From: Octopus vulgaris
Lineage: Eukaryota
DNA length: 64,000 bases
Reading direction: 5' to 3'
Assembly (NCBI GenBank): GCA_951406725.2
Contig: OX597841.1
Coordinates: 18,414,001-18,478,000 of the forward strand
Position 1 is the stretch's first letter; each line of letters starts with the position of its first letter. Shown piece by piece: positions 11,575-24,133 of this stretch. The translations under genes and the position numbers were made by a program. Below the pieces are notes generated by a model, which made no database searches, had not been told where the DNA came from, and saw only the letters and a list, made by a program, of their open reading frames with translations.

Positions 11575-14530
11575 ATTTTGACTCTTTCAATCTTTGACTC
11601 TTTCACTCTCTCACTCTTTCACTCTCTCACTCTTTCACTCTTTCACTCTTTCACTCTTTCACTCTTTGACTCTTTCACTCTTTCACTCTTTCACTCTCTC
11701 ACTCTTTCACTCTTTCACTCTTTCACTCTTTCACTCTCTCACTCTTTCACTCTTTCACTCTTTCACTCTTTCACTTTCTCACTCTTTCACTCTTTCACTC
11801 TTTCACTCTCTCACTCTTTCACTCTTTCACTCTTTCACTCTTTCACTTTCTCACTCCTTCACTCTTTCACTCTTTCACTCTTTCACTCTTTCACTCTTTC
11901 ACTTTCTCACTCTTTCACTCTTTGACTCTTTCACGCTTTCACTCTTTCACTCTTTCACTTTCTCACTCTTTCACTCTTTCACTCTTTCACTCTCTCACTC
12001 TTTCACTCTTTCACTCTTTCACTCTTTCACTCTCTCACTCTTTCACTCTTTGACTCTTTCACTCTTTCACTCTTTCACTCTTTCACTCTTTCACTCTTTC
12101 ACTCTTTCACTCTTTCACTCTTTCACTCTCTCACTCTTTCACTCTCTCACTCTTTCACTCTCTCACTCTTTCACTCTCTCACTCTTTCACTCTTTCACTC
12201 TTTCACTCTTTCACTTTCTCACTCTTTCACTCTTTGACTCTTTCACTCTTTCACTCTTTCACTCTTTCACTTTCTCACTCTTTCACTCTTTGACTCTTTC
12301 ACTCTTTCACTCTTTCACTCTTTCACTTTCTCACTCCTTCACTCTTTCACTCTTTCACTCTCTCACTCTTTCACTCTTTCACTCTTTCACTCTTTCACTT
12401 TCTCACTCTTTCACTCTTTGACTCTTTCACTCTTTCACTCTTTCACTCTTTCACTCTTTCACTCTTTCACTCTTTCACTCTTTCACTCTTTCACTCTTTC
12501 ACTCTTTCACTTTCTCACTCTTTCACTCTTTCACTCTTTCACTCTCTCACTCTTTCACTCTTTCACTCTTTCACTCTTTCACTCTCTCACTCTTTCACTC
12601 TTTCACTCTTTCACTCTTTCACTCTTTCACTCTTTCACTTTCTCACTCTTTCACTCTTTCACTCTTTCACTCTTTCACTCTTTCACTCTTTCACTCTTTC
12701 ACTCTTTCACTCTCTCACTCTTTCACTCTTTCACTCTTTCACTCTTTCACTCTTTCACTCTTTCACTCATCCTTCACTCTTTCACTCTTTCACTCTCTCA
12801 CTCTTTCACTCTTTCACTCTTTCACTCTTTCACTTTCTCACTCTTTCACTCTTTGACTCTTTCACGCTTTCACTCTTTCACTCTTTCACTTTCTCACTCT
12901 TTCACTCTTTGACTCTTTCACTCTTTCACTCTTTCACTCTTTCACTTTCTCACTCTTTCACTCTTTCACTCTTTCACTCTTTCACTCTTTCACTCTTTCA
13001 CTCTTTCACTTTCTCACTCTTTCACTCTTTGACTCTTTCACTCTTTCACTCTTTCACTCTTTCACTCTTTCACTCTTTCACTCTTTCACTCTTTCACTCT
13101 TTGACTCTTTCACTCTTTCACTCTTTCACTCTTTCACTCTTTCTCACTCTTTCACTCTTTCACTCTTTCACTCTTTCACTCTTTCACTCTCTCACTCTCT
13201 CACTCTTTCACTCTTTCACTCTTTCACTCTCTCACTCTTTCACTCTTTCACTCTTTCACTCTTTCACTCTTTCACTCTTTCACTCTTTCACTCTCTCACT
13301 CTTTCACTCTTTCACTCTTTCACTCTCTCACTCTTTCACTCTTTCACTCTTTCACTCTTTCACTCACTCTTTCACTCTTTCACTCTTTCACTCTTTCACT
13401 CTTTCACTCTTTCACTCTTTCACTCTTTCACTTTCACTCTTTCACTCTTTCACTCTTTCACTCTTTCACTCTTTCACTCTTTCACTCTTTCACTCTTTCA
13501 CTCTTTCACTCTTCACTCTTTCACTCTTTCACTCTCTCACTCTTTCACTCTTTCACTCTTTCACTCTCTCACTCTTTCACTCTTTCACTCTTTCACTCTT
13601 TCACTCTTTCACTCTCTCACTCTTTCACTCTTTCACTCTTTCACTCTTTCACTCTTTCACTCTTTCACTCTTTCACTCTTTCACTCTCTCACTCTTTCAC
13701 TCTTTCACTCTTTCACTCTCTCACTCTTTCACTCTTTCACTTTCTCACTCTCTCACTCTTTCACTCTCTCACTCTTTCACTCTTTCACTCTTTCACTCTT
13801 TCACTCTTTCACTCTTTCACTCTCTCACTCTTTCACTCTTTCACTCTTTCACTCTTTCACTCTTTCACTCCTTCACTCTTTCACTCTTTCACTCTTTCAC
13901 TCTTTCACTCTCTCACTCTTTCACTCTTTCACTCTTTCACTCTCTCACTCTTTCACTCTTTCACTCTTTCACTCTTTCACTCTTTCACTCTTCACTCTCA
14001 CTCTTTCACTCTTTCACTCTTTCACTCTTTCACTCTTTCACTCTCTCACTCTTTCACTCTTTCACTCTTTCACTCTTTCACTTTCTCACTCCTTCACTCT
14101 TTCACTCTTTCACTCTCTCACTCTTTCACTCTTTCACTCTTTCACTCTTTCACTCTTTCACTCTCTCACTCTTTCACTTCTTTCACTCTCTCACTCTTTC
14201 ACTCTTTCACTCTTTCACTCTTTCACTCTTTCACTCTTTCACTCTTTCACTCTTTCACTCTTTACTCACTCTTTCACTCTTTCACTCTTCACTCTTTCAC
14301 TCTTCACTCTTTCACTCTCTTTCACTCTTTCACTCTTTCACTCTTTCACTCTTTCACTCTTTCACTCTTTCACTCCTTCACTCTTTCACTCTTTCACTCT
14401 TCACTCTTTCACTCTTTCACTCTTTCACTCTCTCACTCTTTCACTCTCTCACTCTTTCACTCTCTCACTCTTTCACTCTCTCACTCTTTCACTTTCTCAC
14501 TCCTTCACTCTTTGACTCTCTCACTCTTTG
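11575..14530. repeat. ~2.95-kb octamer array (ACTCTTTC)n
   Basis: Direct tandem 8-mers with variants ACTCTCTC, ACTTTCTC and ACTCTTTG; runs straight into the SINE A tail. Confidence 0.97.
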
Positions 14531-14934
14531 ACTTGTTTCAGTCATTTGACTGTGGCCATGCTGGAGCACTGCCTTTAGTCGAGCAAATCAACCTCAGGAC
14601 TTATTCTTTGTAAGCATACTACTTCTTCTATCGGTCTCTTTTGCCAAACCGCTAAGTTACGGGGATGTAAACACACCGGCATTGGTTGCTAAGGGTTGTT
14701 GGGGGGACAAACACAGACACACAAACGTATACATACACACATACATATATATATATTTACATTCATATATACGACAGGTGTTTTTCAGTTTCCGTCTATC
14801 AAATCCACTCACAAGGCTTTGGTCAGCCTGAGGCTATAGCAGAAGGCACTTGCCCATGGTGCCACACAGTGGGACTGAACCCAGAACCATGTGGTTGGTT
14901 AGCAAGCTACTTACCACACAGGCACTCCTACGCC
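14525..14934 (-). mobile_element. SINE family A whose 3' tail is the octamer array
   Basis: ACTTGTTTCAGTCATTTGACTGTGGCCATGCTGG begins immediately after the array. Confidence 0.9.
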
Positions 14935-15194
14935 TATTACTTGCAAATGATTCTGACAGCTTGCTGCCTCAATGTAAAGAAATATTAGGAGCTACAATCT
15001 ACTACAATAATACTCTTGTGTTTTTCCCCATCACAACATATGAAGGAGAAAGGAAGGGGTGATAGATGAATTAGGAAGGAAGCACTCACACACACACACA
15101 CACACACGCAAACACACACACTTATATATAAAGTTATGAATAACAAGAGAAACATAGTATGATAAAATTTATTTAATCATTGGAAATTCTTATA

Positions 15195-15336
15195 TCACAA
15201 CAATTGTTTCGCAACTTAAAGCATGTAGAGATAATTCACTTTATTATATTTTATAAGGGAATTATTTACTTGTTTGCATTAATATAAACACTCTTTAAAT
15301 TAAGGTCGATCGATATTAAGCTAGCTCATCTGGTGA
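15195..15336 (-). ncRNA. Degenerate hammerhead-like fold with ~115-nt stem II (family H2), inside an AT-rich element at ~15125-15500
   Basis: Minus: TCAC-CAGATGA-GCTAGCTTAA...TTAAGTTGC-GAAAC-AATT-GTT-GTGA; core has U4>A; palindromic stem III ACAATTGT. Confidence 0.45.
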
Positions 15337-15529
15337 GAAGAAATCCATGTTGAACAATAATCACTTGACACATTTCAAAAACACAGGGTCAATATTTAAA
15401 AGAAAGAATCTTAAAAAATATGGAAGACAATAATAATAAAATTGATAGAAATTACTAAGACTAAAAACTTAAGGAGTGTTTTTTTATGAATACCACTGGA
15501 TTAGATGTATCCATCAGGCCTCATGGTGG

Positions 15530-16321
15530 TGATAACAGGTGACAGAGACCTTTGGTGACATGAAGTATTTGAGAAGACTTGTTGAGTCAAGTGGAATTGA
15601 AGTTGTGGCCATTGCCAGTGTTGTGTAAATGGTGCCTCTGAAATTGCAGTCATGGCCGTTGTTGGTATCATGCATATGACACCTGTGCCGGGGGCATGTA
15701 AGAAGCACCCATTACGGTCTCAGAGTGGTTGAAATTACGAAGGGCATCCAGCTGTAGAAACCATGCCAAATCAGATTGGAACCTGGTGCAGCTCTCCGGT
15801 TTACCAGTTCCAGTCAAACCCTCCAACCCTCCAACCCATGCCAGCATGGAAGGCGGATGCTAAATGATGATGATGATGATACACACACATACACACACAC
15901 ACACACAGACACACACACACATATACATACATACATATATGCTTGCGAAGACATGTTGGGGCAAGTGAAATCGAATTGAACCAGCCAGGATCCCTGGTCT
16001 GGTGGTACGTAAAAAGCACTATCCGACTCATGGCCGATGCCAGCGCCGCCTCGACTGGCCTCCGTGCCAGTGGCACGTAAAATACACCAATCCGGCCTTG
16101 GCCGTTGCTAGCCTCGCCTGGCACCTGTGCAGGTGGCACGTAAAAAGCACCCACTACACTCACGGAGTGGTTGGCGTTAGGAAGGGCATCCAGCTGTAGA
16201 AACATTGCCAGATAAGACTGGAGTCTGGTGCAGCTTTCTGGCTTCCCAGATCCCTGGTCGAACCGTCCAACCCATGCTAGCATGGAGAACGGACGTTAAA
16301 CGATGATGATGATGATGATGA
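15530..16321 (+). mobile_element. Two copies of SINE/retroposon family B with (GAT)n tail
   Basis: Repeated CACGTAAAAAGCAC motifs and the 3' end CCAACCCATGCTAGCATGG...GTTAAACGATGATGAT. Confidence 0.8.
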
Positions 16322-16341
16322 TATATATATATATATATATA

Positions 16342-16745
16342 TAGTTAATCCAAACATGAAAACACAAAGAGAAAACACAGCAACACGAGGACGTGGAACA
16401 AATATAGTATTAATGGATGCTCAGGAAGGAAGGGAAGAAGGAGGGTTTTTTACGTTTTGAGCAGGGCTCTTCATCAGAAACATAGGAAAAGGAAAGATCC
16501 AGAGAAGGGAAGATGGAGGGAAAAAAATCGCCAACGGTACACACGTGGTCACATTTTGAATGTTCATGAAAGTACAAAAGACGAAGACAGGTGGTGCACA
16601 AAACAAACAGATGTATTAGTATAATGCTCAAGAATTGAAAAAGTCTTTTACGTTTCGAGCCTATGCTCTTCTACAGAAAGGGACACAGAAAAAAACAAGG
16701 AGAGAAAAAATGTGTGTAGTGGCTAACAATCTATCATGGTGACTC
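16342..16745 (-). mobile_element. Tandem pair of ~200-nt hammerhead-bearing monomers (family H3) inserted in (TA)n
   Basis: Two related units, each with TTT-CTGNNGA-AGAGC-loop-GCTC-(G/A)AAAC-GTA-AAA, at 16447-16481 and 16645-16680. Confidence 0.65.
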
Positions 16746-16777
16746 ATTATATATATATAGTTATGGTATATTCTTTT

Positions 16778-16986
16778 CTACTCTAGGCACAAGGCCTGAA
16801 ATTTTGGTGGGAGGGCCCAGTCAATTAGATTGATCCCAGTACACAACTGGTACTTAATATATTGACCCCAAAAGGATGAAAGCCAAAATCTACCTTGGTG
16901 GAATTTGAACTCAGAATGCAAAGAGAGACGAAATACCACTAAGCTGTTCGCCCGGTGTGCTAATGTTTCTGCCATCTTGCCGCCTT
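16778..16986 (-). mobile_element. SINE family C (Meta-domain-like)
   Basis: Reverse complement matches the 25388-25590 copy. Confidence 0.7.
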
Positions 16987-18077
16987 ATAGTTATGGTATA
17001 TTCTGTTAAGAATGTACTAGAGTACAGCATAAAGCTAATCTGCCCTCAGACTTCACCCTGTGCTATCCAGTAGGAGTATTATACGTACTGCCAGGTTTGT
17101 GTTTGGGCTTTTGTAGTGTATGAATAGATAATTGAAAAAATTTGGAGTCAACGGGAAGGAGGACAGTTGGACACATACACATCCATATATATATATATAT
17201 ATATATACTAATGCTCAGACACATACACACACACACACACACAGGGATATGTATGGCACTCACATATATACACATATACAAATATATGTACATATATACA
17301 TATGCATGCATATACATACACAGATGCATGTGTGTGTGTGTATCTCTTATTATAAAAGGCAGATTTTATCTACCTCCCTTTGGGAGTTATACAAATCTAC
17401 AATATAGCATTTCTTCAATTACAATTTACCTAGCATTTTTAAGAGTACAATGCATCGCGTCATGCCAGGTCCAGTTTTTAAAATTTAAACTCCAATTAAG
17501 AAAAATTTACAGAAAACTCACATTCTGGTGTGTGTGTCAAATGCTTTTCTTAGTCTGGTTTACACCACACGCAAACGCACACACACAGTGGGCAACGAAT
17601 AAAATGAAAGTAAATAGCGACAGAGTGATTTGAGGAAGACTAAAGTGAAAGTATTCTGTCTATGACGCTGATAGATACATGAGTAAAATGTATGGGAAGC
17701 TAAGAGCTAAGAGTGAGTGAAAATGTTCTTGGAAGAGAGTAATTAGTAATAAAGTAAACATACACTCATACATACATACATACATACATACATACATACA
17801 TACATACATACATACATACACACACACACATACACACACACATACATACACACACACATACATACACACACACATACATACATACACACATACATACATA
17901 CATACATACATATACATACATACATACATATACATACATACATACACACACACACATACACACACACACAGTATTGAAGCTTGAGAACAATCAGATACAT
18001 TTGCAACACATCTGTTGAAAATATTATTGTTCACACACATACATATACATTTATACATACAGACAGACAGACAGATA

Positions 18078-18129
<52 letters not shown>

Positions 18130-18179
18130 ATCCAGCATGGCCACAACCTCAAGGCTGAAACATATAAAAGAATAACAGA

Positions 18180-18545
18180 ATATAAATGTGTGCAAAGTAC
18201 AAGAAATATTAATGCAGTATATGGGGATTGGACAATAAGCGTAAGGCAGTGTCAATGGTGGTTCCAGAAATCCCGAGCCATAAACTACAGCCTAGAAGAC
18301 GAGCCTCATCCTGAAAGATCTGTAGAACTCGACAAGGACATCCTGAAAACCCTGGTGGAACAAAATATCATCGTAACTGTTGAGGAACTAGCAGAGAAGC
18401 TTGGATTTGGTCATTCAACCATTCATTGACACCTGTGTGCTATCGGAAAAGTCAGCAAATTGGGTCAATGGGTTCCTCACGAACTTTCCGAGTCTAATTG
18501 CATGCAGAGAGTGAATGTATGCTTTTCTTTGCTGTCATATCTCAC
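18180..18545 (+). pseudogene. mariner transposase N-terminal fragment
   Basis: RNINAVYG..QCQWWFQK..LEDEPH...TVEELAEKL..STIH*HL..IGKVSKLGQWVPHEL (WVPHEL motif). Confidence 0.85.
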
Positions 18546-18564
18546 CACTACTGCGCTATGTATA

Positions 18565-19201
18565 TCTATATATATAAAACTGTAGTTGTGTGAGTGTCTG
18601 TCCCCTTCGATTTAGATTCCTAACTACTCCCACATTTTGCGGTACAGTTTAACCAAATTCGGGTAGCTTATAGTCGTGATTCATATCGAGCCCGTCTGAA
18701 TATTAGCGCGCGTCTACGATGAGTCTACGATTTTAAAAATAATTTAACATCATTTTTTATTCCATTTTAATGCATATTTTTTCGTGTGTCGATGGCGGCG
18801 GAGTTGGCGTCCACGCTCACACCTGCACCTGTGGGGAAGGGAGTGTAAGGAAATCAACGTCGTAATGCGTTGTCAAGGAGACCAGCGTTCTTTTAGAACA
18901 ACGACTTCATGGCTTGAAGACACCAAAACAGAAATGGCTAAGAAAGCGTCTACATGAGTCTACGATTTAAAAAAAAAATTACCATCGTTTTTTTTCCATT
19001 TTAATGCATTTTTTCGCTATTATATAAGGGAAGTAACTCTCTAAAAATGTCTACGATGAGTCAACGATTTTTAAAAAAATTTTCCATCGTATTTTTTCCA
19101 TTTTTAATGCATTTTTTGCTATTTTTTGGCTATAACTCTCTAAAAATGCTTATATAGTTATTTCCCTTACAAACCCGAGCAACGCCGGGCGATACTACTA
19201 G
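18565..19201 (+). mobile_element. Non-autonomous Helitron
   Basis: A|TCTATATATA 5' end, subterminal hairpin CCCGAGCAACGCCGGG, CTAG|T 3' end. Confidence 0.9.
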
Positions 19202-19260
19202 TATATATATATATATGTGTGTGTGTGTGTATAAATATATATATGTGTGTGTATATATAC

Positions 19261-19317
<57 letters not shown>

Positions 19318-19924
19318 CGTAGATACATACATTCATGCATACTTAACATGTGAACAGACACATGAAAATATAGAAATACAAGAGACACACAGACACACAT
19401 GGATGGGGAGAAGGAGAGAAGGAGAGAAGGAGAGAAGGAGAGAGTTCACTGAATTATTATTATTATTATTATTCTACAGTTTGGCATCTGGAATATGCAA
19501 ATGTAGCATGGGGGGTGGGGACAACAGGCTGGGATTGTCTCAGTTTGCTTCTTTACCAAGTTTGTTTCACTCCACAGAATGCATGAGGCTTCTTCAAGGC
19601 ACAGGTCACATTCGCCAGATAATATGGGTGGACACTTTTTTTACTATTGACCATTCTATTTCATATTGTATTTTTCCTTCTTTTAATCTCCATATTAGGT
19701 CCACTTGTGATGTTGCAGGCCACTAGATTATCTTTCAGAATAAGGAGATATGGTTGCGATAAAGGATCTTGAATTGGTTTTTGGCAGCTCCTATGTATTT
19801 ATGTTGTGGTGTGATGATTGTAAGTTTGTATAGAAACAATTGTAGTGATTGAAAGTAAATGTCCAACCATACTCCTTCATGTTGACACCAAATTTTTTCA
19901 ATTATATATATGTATGTATATGTT

Positions 19925-19950
<26 letters not shown>

Positions 19951-19962
<12 letters not shown>

Positions 19963-20117
19963 TTAGAGACAAAACCACTATTTTGCAAAACAAACAAGGA
20001 AAGACTTAATCAATACATAAAATTTTAATTTGACTTTTTATTAAAATTTTATGTATTGATTAAGTCTTCCTTGTTTGTTTTGCAAAATAGTGGTTTTGTC
20101 TCTAATAATATTATATA
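19951..20117. repeat. Near-perfect inverted repeat (about 78-bp arms, 10-nt loop) in (TA)n
   Basis: ATTAGAGACAAAACCACTATTTTGC... mirrored by ...GCAAAATAGTGGTTTTGTCTCTAAT. Confidence 0.9.
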
Positions 20118-20342
20118 ATATTTTACTATAAAATTGGATTTATTCCTAAATCTGATTTTTTCCCTGTAAATTTGGATTTATTCCCTAATATTTATTATAT
20201 ATATATATATATATATACAGTATATATATCACGTGATCATGTGACCGACCAGACCATCAGATGTTGCTACACATCGCTGGACACAATGCGTTCGCATTGT
20301 TTTAGCCTTCGAACGACGCCACCCCGCTGGCTAAGCGAGCAA

Positions 20343-20380
<38 letters not shown>

Positions 20381-20436
20381 AATCAGAAATATTAAATTTC
20401 TAAATATCTCATAGAGATATGTACGGTTGTGGGGCG

Positions 20437-20541
20437 ATAGAGTGGCTGTATACTGTCAACTTAACGTGACAGTCCTGTAAGCGGTGGTGAAGTTCCCTTA
20501 CAGGACTGTCACGTTAAGTTGACAGTATACAACCACTCTAT
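20437..20541. repeat. Inverted repeat (about 43-bp arms), MITE-like or fold-back
   Basis: ATAGAGTGGCTGTATACTGTCAACTTAACGTGACAGTCCTGTA mirrored after a ~19-nt spacer. Confidence 0.85.
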
Positions 20542-20547
20542 ATATAC

Positions 20548-20575
<28 letters not shown>

Positions 20576-20579
<4 letters not shown>

Positions 20580-21040
20580 TGTTGTATTTGGAAATGGTCA
20601 TGTTGCCAGTTTAGCCAATAAAACCACACGCACTATATATTTGGTGTTAATTTACTTCATCTTTATTAATCTTAATCTTATTTCGGCCAGAGTTCTTTCG
20701 TCACACTCCTGTGACCTCATCAGTGGTCCTTTGCTTTCTTCTTTCTTATTTGTGTGTCTCTCCTTACTAACGCTCAGCCATTTTGTATTTTGTATTTCTA
20801 TTGTATGTGTCTTTATTTGCGCATGCGTATACCTCTATGTGTGTCTATGTTTATTAAGTGTGTGTGGGCCGAAATAAGATAGAGATTAATGTAAAAAATA
20901 AATAAACATGAAGCAAATTAACACCAAATATATAGTGCGTGTGTTTTAATTGGCTAAACTAACAAAGTGATCATCCCTAAATAAAACAATATCTGTTTCA
21001 ACACACGATTTCACATCAAGAATCTGGCAAAACAAATATA
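20576..21040. mobile_element. Fold-back (TA)n-inserted element with hammerhead (family H4)
   Basis: Diverged inverted arms ~20576-20688 and ~20867-20992; hammerhead at the inner edge of the left arm. Confidence 0.65.
20685..20728 (-). ncRNA. Type I hammerhead ribozyme-like fold
   Basis: Minus: GACCA-CTGATGA-G-GTCACA-GGAG-TGTGAC-GAAA-GAAC-TC-TGGCC; perfect 6-bp stem II, CUC triplet, one mismatch in stem I. Confidence 0.7.
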
Positions 21041-21108
21041 TATGTATGTATGTATGTATGTGTGTATGTATGTATGTATGTATGTATGTATGTATGTATG
21101 TGTGTATG

Positions 21109-21139
<31 letters not shown>

Positions 21140-21319
21140 CAGACTTTTTCAGGTTTTATCTACCAAAGCCATTCACAAGGCTTTGTTCGGCATGAAGCCT
21201 GAAGCTATAGTAGAAGACACTTTCCCCAGGTGTCATGCAGTGAGACTGAACCCAGTACCATGTGGCTGAGAAACAAGCGTCTTAACACATGGCCATGCCT
21301 AGTACAAACGTATTAAAAT

Positions 21320-21721
21320 ACTCTCTTTTACTTGTTTCAGTCATTTGACTGCAGCCATGCTGGAGAACTGCCTTTAGTCAAGCAAATCAACCCCAGGACT
21401 TATGCTTTGTAAGCCTAGTACTTATTCTATTGGTCTTTTTTGCTGAACCACTAAGTTAAGGGGACATAAACACACCAGCATCGGTTGTCAAGCGATGTTG
21501 GGGGGACAAACACAGACACACAAACACACCCACGCATATATATATATATACATATATACGACGGGCTTCTTTCAGTTTCCACCTACCAAATCCACTTACA
21601 AGGCTTTGGCCGGCCCGAGGCTATAGTAGAAGACACTTGCCCAAGGTGTCACGCAGTGGGACTGAACCCGGAACCATGTGGTTGGTAAGCAAGCTACTTA
21701 CCACACAGCCACTCCTGTGCC
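21320..21721 (-). mobile_element. SINE family A, full length
   Basis: Family match. Confidence 0.9.
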
Positions 21722-21889
21722 TATCATTCATACATATAATTGGAATTAGTTGTGTAACTCTTATAAACACACACAAATTATTAATTAGACACTATAGAAT
21801 TAGTTACTTAATGGTATGACAATTAATTTTAGTTCGTTAGTAGTACAAACGTAAAGTCACATAAAAACGAGTTTGTTTATCTTCTATTC

Positions 21890-22084
21890 TTTATCTTTTT
21901 ACTTGTTTCAGTCATTAGACTGTGGCCATGCTGGGGCATTGCTTTGAAGAATTTTTAGTTGAATGAATCAACCGTTTATTCATTTTTTTAAGGCTGCTAC
22001 TTATTCTATCTATCCCTTTTGCTGAACTGCTAAGTTACAGGAACATAAATACAACGCCACTTGTCAAGTGGTGATGGGAGACAG

Positions 22085-22119
<35 letters not shown>

Positions 22120-22925
22120 TACATATTCTTTCATTCTTTTACTTGTTTCAGTCATTTGACTGTAGCCATGCTGGAGCACCACCTTAAAGGGGTTTTTTTT
22201 CGAAATCAGCCCCAGGACTTATTCTTTTAAGCCTTGTACTTATTCCAATGGTCTCTTTTGCTGAACAACTAAGTTATGAATATGTAGACATTCCAACATC
22301 GGTTGTCAAGCAATGGTAGCGGAACAAACGCAGACACAAAGACAAGACACACACACACATAAATATATGTATATGTATATATATTCTTTTACTCTTTTAC
22401 TTGTTTCAGTCATTTGACTGCGGCCATGCTGGAGCACCACCTTTAATCGAGCAAATCGACCCCGGGACTTATTCTTTGTAAGCCCAGTACTTATTCTATT
22501 TTGCCAAACCACTAAGTGATGGGGATGTAAACACACCAGCATCGGTTGTCAAGCAATGCCAGGGGGACAAACACAGACACACAAACATACACGCACACAC
22601 ACATATATATATACAACGGGCTTCTTTTAGTTTCCGTCTACCAAATCTACTCACAAGGCTTTGGTCAGCCTGAGGCTATAATAGAAGACACTTGCCCAGG
22701 TGACTGAACCCGGAACCATGTGGTTGGTAAGCAAGCTACTTACCCCACAGCCACTCCTGCACCTATATACACACACACAACACACTTCTTTCTGTTTCTG
22801 TCTACCAAATCCACTCACAAGGTTTTGATTGGCTCGAGGCTATCTTAGAAGACAATGAAGGTGCCACGGAGTGGGACAGAACCTGGAACCAGGTGTTTGG
22901 GAACCAACCTTCTTACCACCCACAC
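21890..22925 (-). mobile_element. Cluster of nested SINE A copies (two tail halves, one full copy at 22384-22763, one head half)
   Basis: Repeated TTTTACTTGTTTCAGTCATT starts at ~21897, ~22137 and ~22395. Confidence 0.8.
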
Positions 22926-23382
22926 ATAATTTGTTTCAAGCCATTGTCATAGTATATCTGTCCCTGGGGTGGGGCATCTGAATCTTCTCATAATGACGAT
23001 GATGGTGATGATGACGATGACAACAATGATGACATCAATAATGATGATGACAAGGGGGAGGGGGTGATGATAATGATGATGATAGTGACAATAATAATCA
23101 TGATGTCGCTAATTATAATTAGCTTTGTGCCAAAACTTGAAATCATTATTATTATCATAATTGTAACTGTTTCATTCATCTTTAAGTCCTAATTTGAGAT
23201 TCCGCTGGGGGCCGATGCTGGTTTTCATCTTTTCAGGGGTCAATAAAATGAAGTACTTGTTGGGCCCTGGGGGTGATGTGATTGGCCCCACCCACCCCCT
23301 GGAACCATGTAATTTGTTTCAAGTCAAGTGATTGTCAGAGCATATCTGTCCCTGGGGCAGGGCATCTGGGTCTTCTCATAAT

Positions 23383-23539
23383 GATGATGATGATGGTGAT
23401 GACAATGATAATGACGATAAAAACAACAATGATAACGATGAGAAGGATGACAAGAATGATGATGATGATGTTAGCGGCAATAACAATCATGATGATGACG
23501 ACAACGATGACGATGATGATAATGATGATAACAATGACT

Positions 23540-23578
<39 letters not shown>

Positions 23579-23605
23579 TTGGCGGCAATACCAATCATGA
23601 TGACA
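23383..23605. repeat. (GAT/GAC/AAT)n trinucleotide tract
   Basis: Low-complexity tandem triplets. Confidence 0.9.
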
Positions 23606-23624
23606 ATGTTGCTCCATAGGTTTA

Positions 23625-23798
23625 GGCACAAGAGTGGCTGTGTGGTAAATAGCTTGCTTACGAACCACATGGTTCTGGGTTCAGTCCCACTGCGTGGCAC
23701 CTTGGGCAAGAGTCTTCTACTATAGCCTCGGGCCGACCAAAGCCTTCCAAGTGGATTTGGTAGACAGAAACTGAAAGAAGCTCGTCATATATATGTAT

Positions 23799-23836
<38 letters not shown>

Positions 23837-24133
23837 TGTATGTATGTATGTATGTATGTATGTATGTATGTATGTATGTATGTATGTATGTATGTATGTA
23901 TGTATGTATGTATGAGTGTATATGTTTGTGTGTCTGTGTTTGTTTCCCCCAACATCGTTTGACAACCGATATTGGTGTGTTTATGTCCCTGCAACTTAGC
24001 AGTTTGGCAAAAGAGACCAATAGAATAAGTACTAGGCTTACAAAGAATAAGTCCCGGGGTTGATTTGCTCGACTAAAGGCTGTGTTCCAGCATGGCCACA
24101 GCCAAATGACTGAAACAGGTGAAAGAGTAAAAG
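23625..24133 (+). mobile_element. SINE family A, full length
   Basis: Head AGTGGCTGTGTGG..GGTTCAGTCCC, central (TATG)n, tail AAAGAGTAAAAGA. Confidence 0.9.

Noticed and set aside
11539-14531. Long ORFs of 128-540 aa (SLFHSFTL repeats)
   Set aside because: Translation of the octamer array; stop-free only because of its composition.
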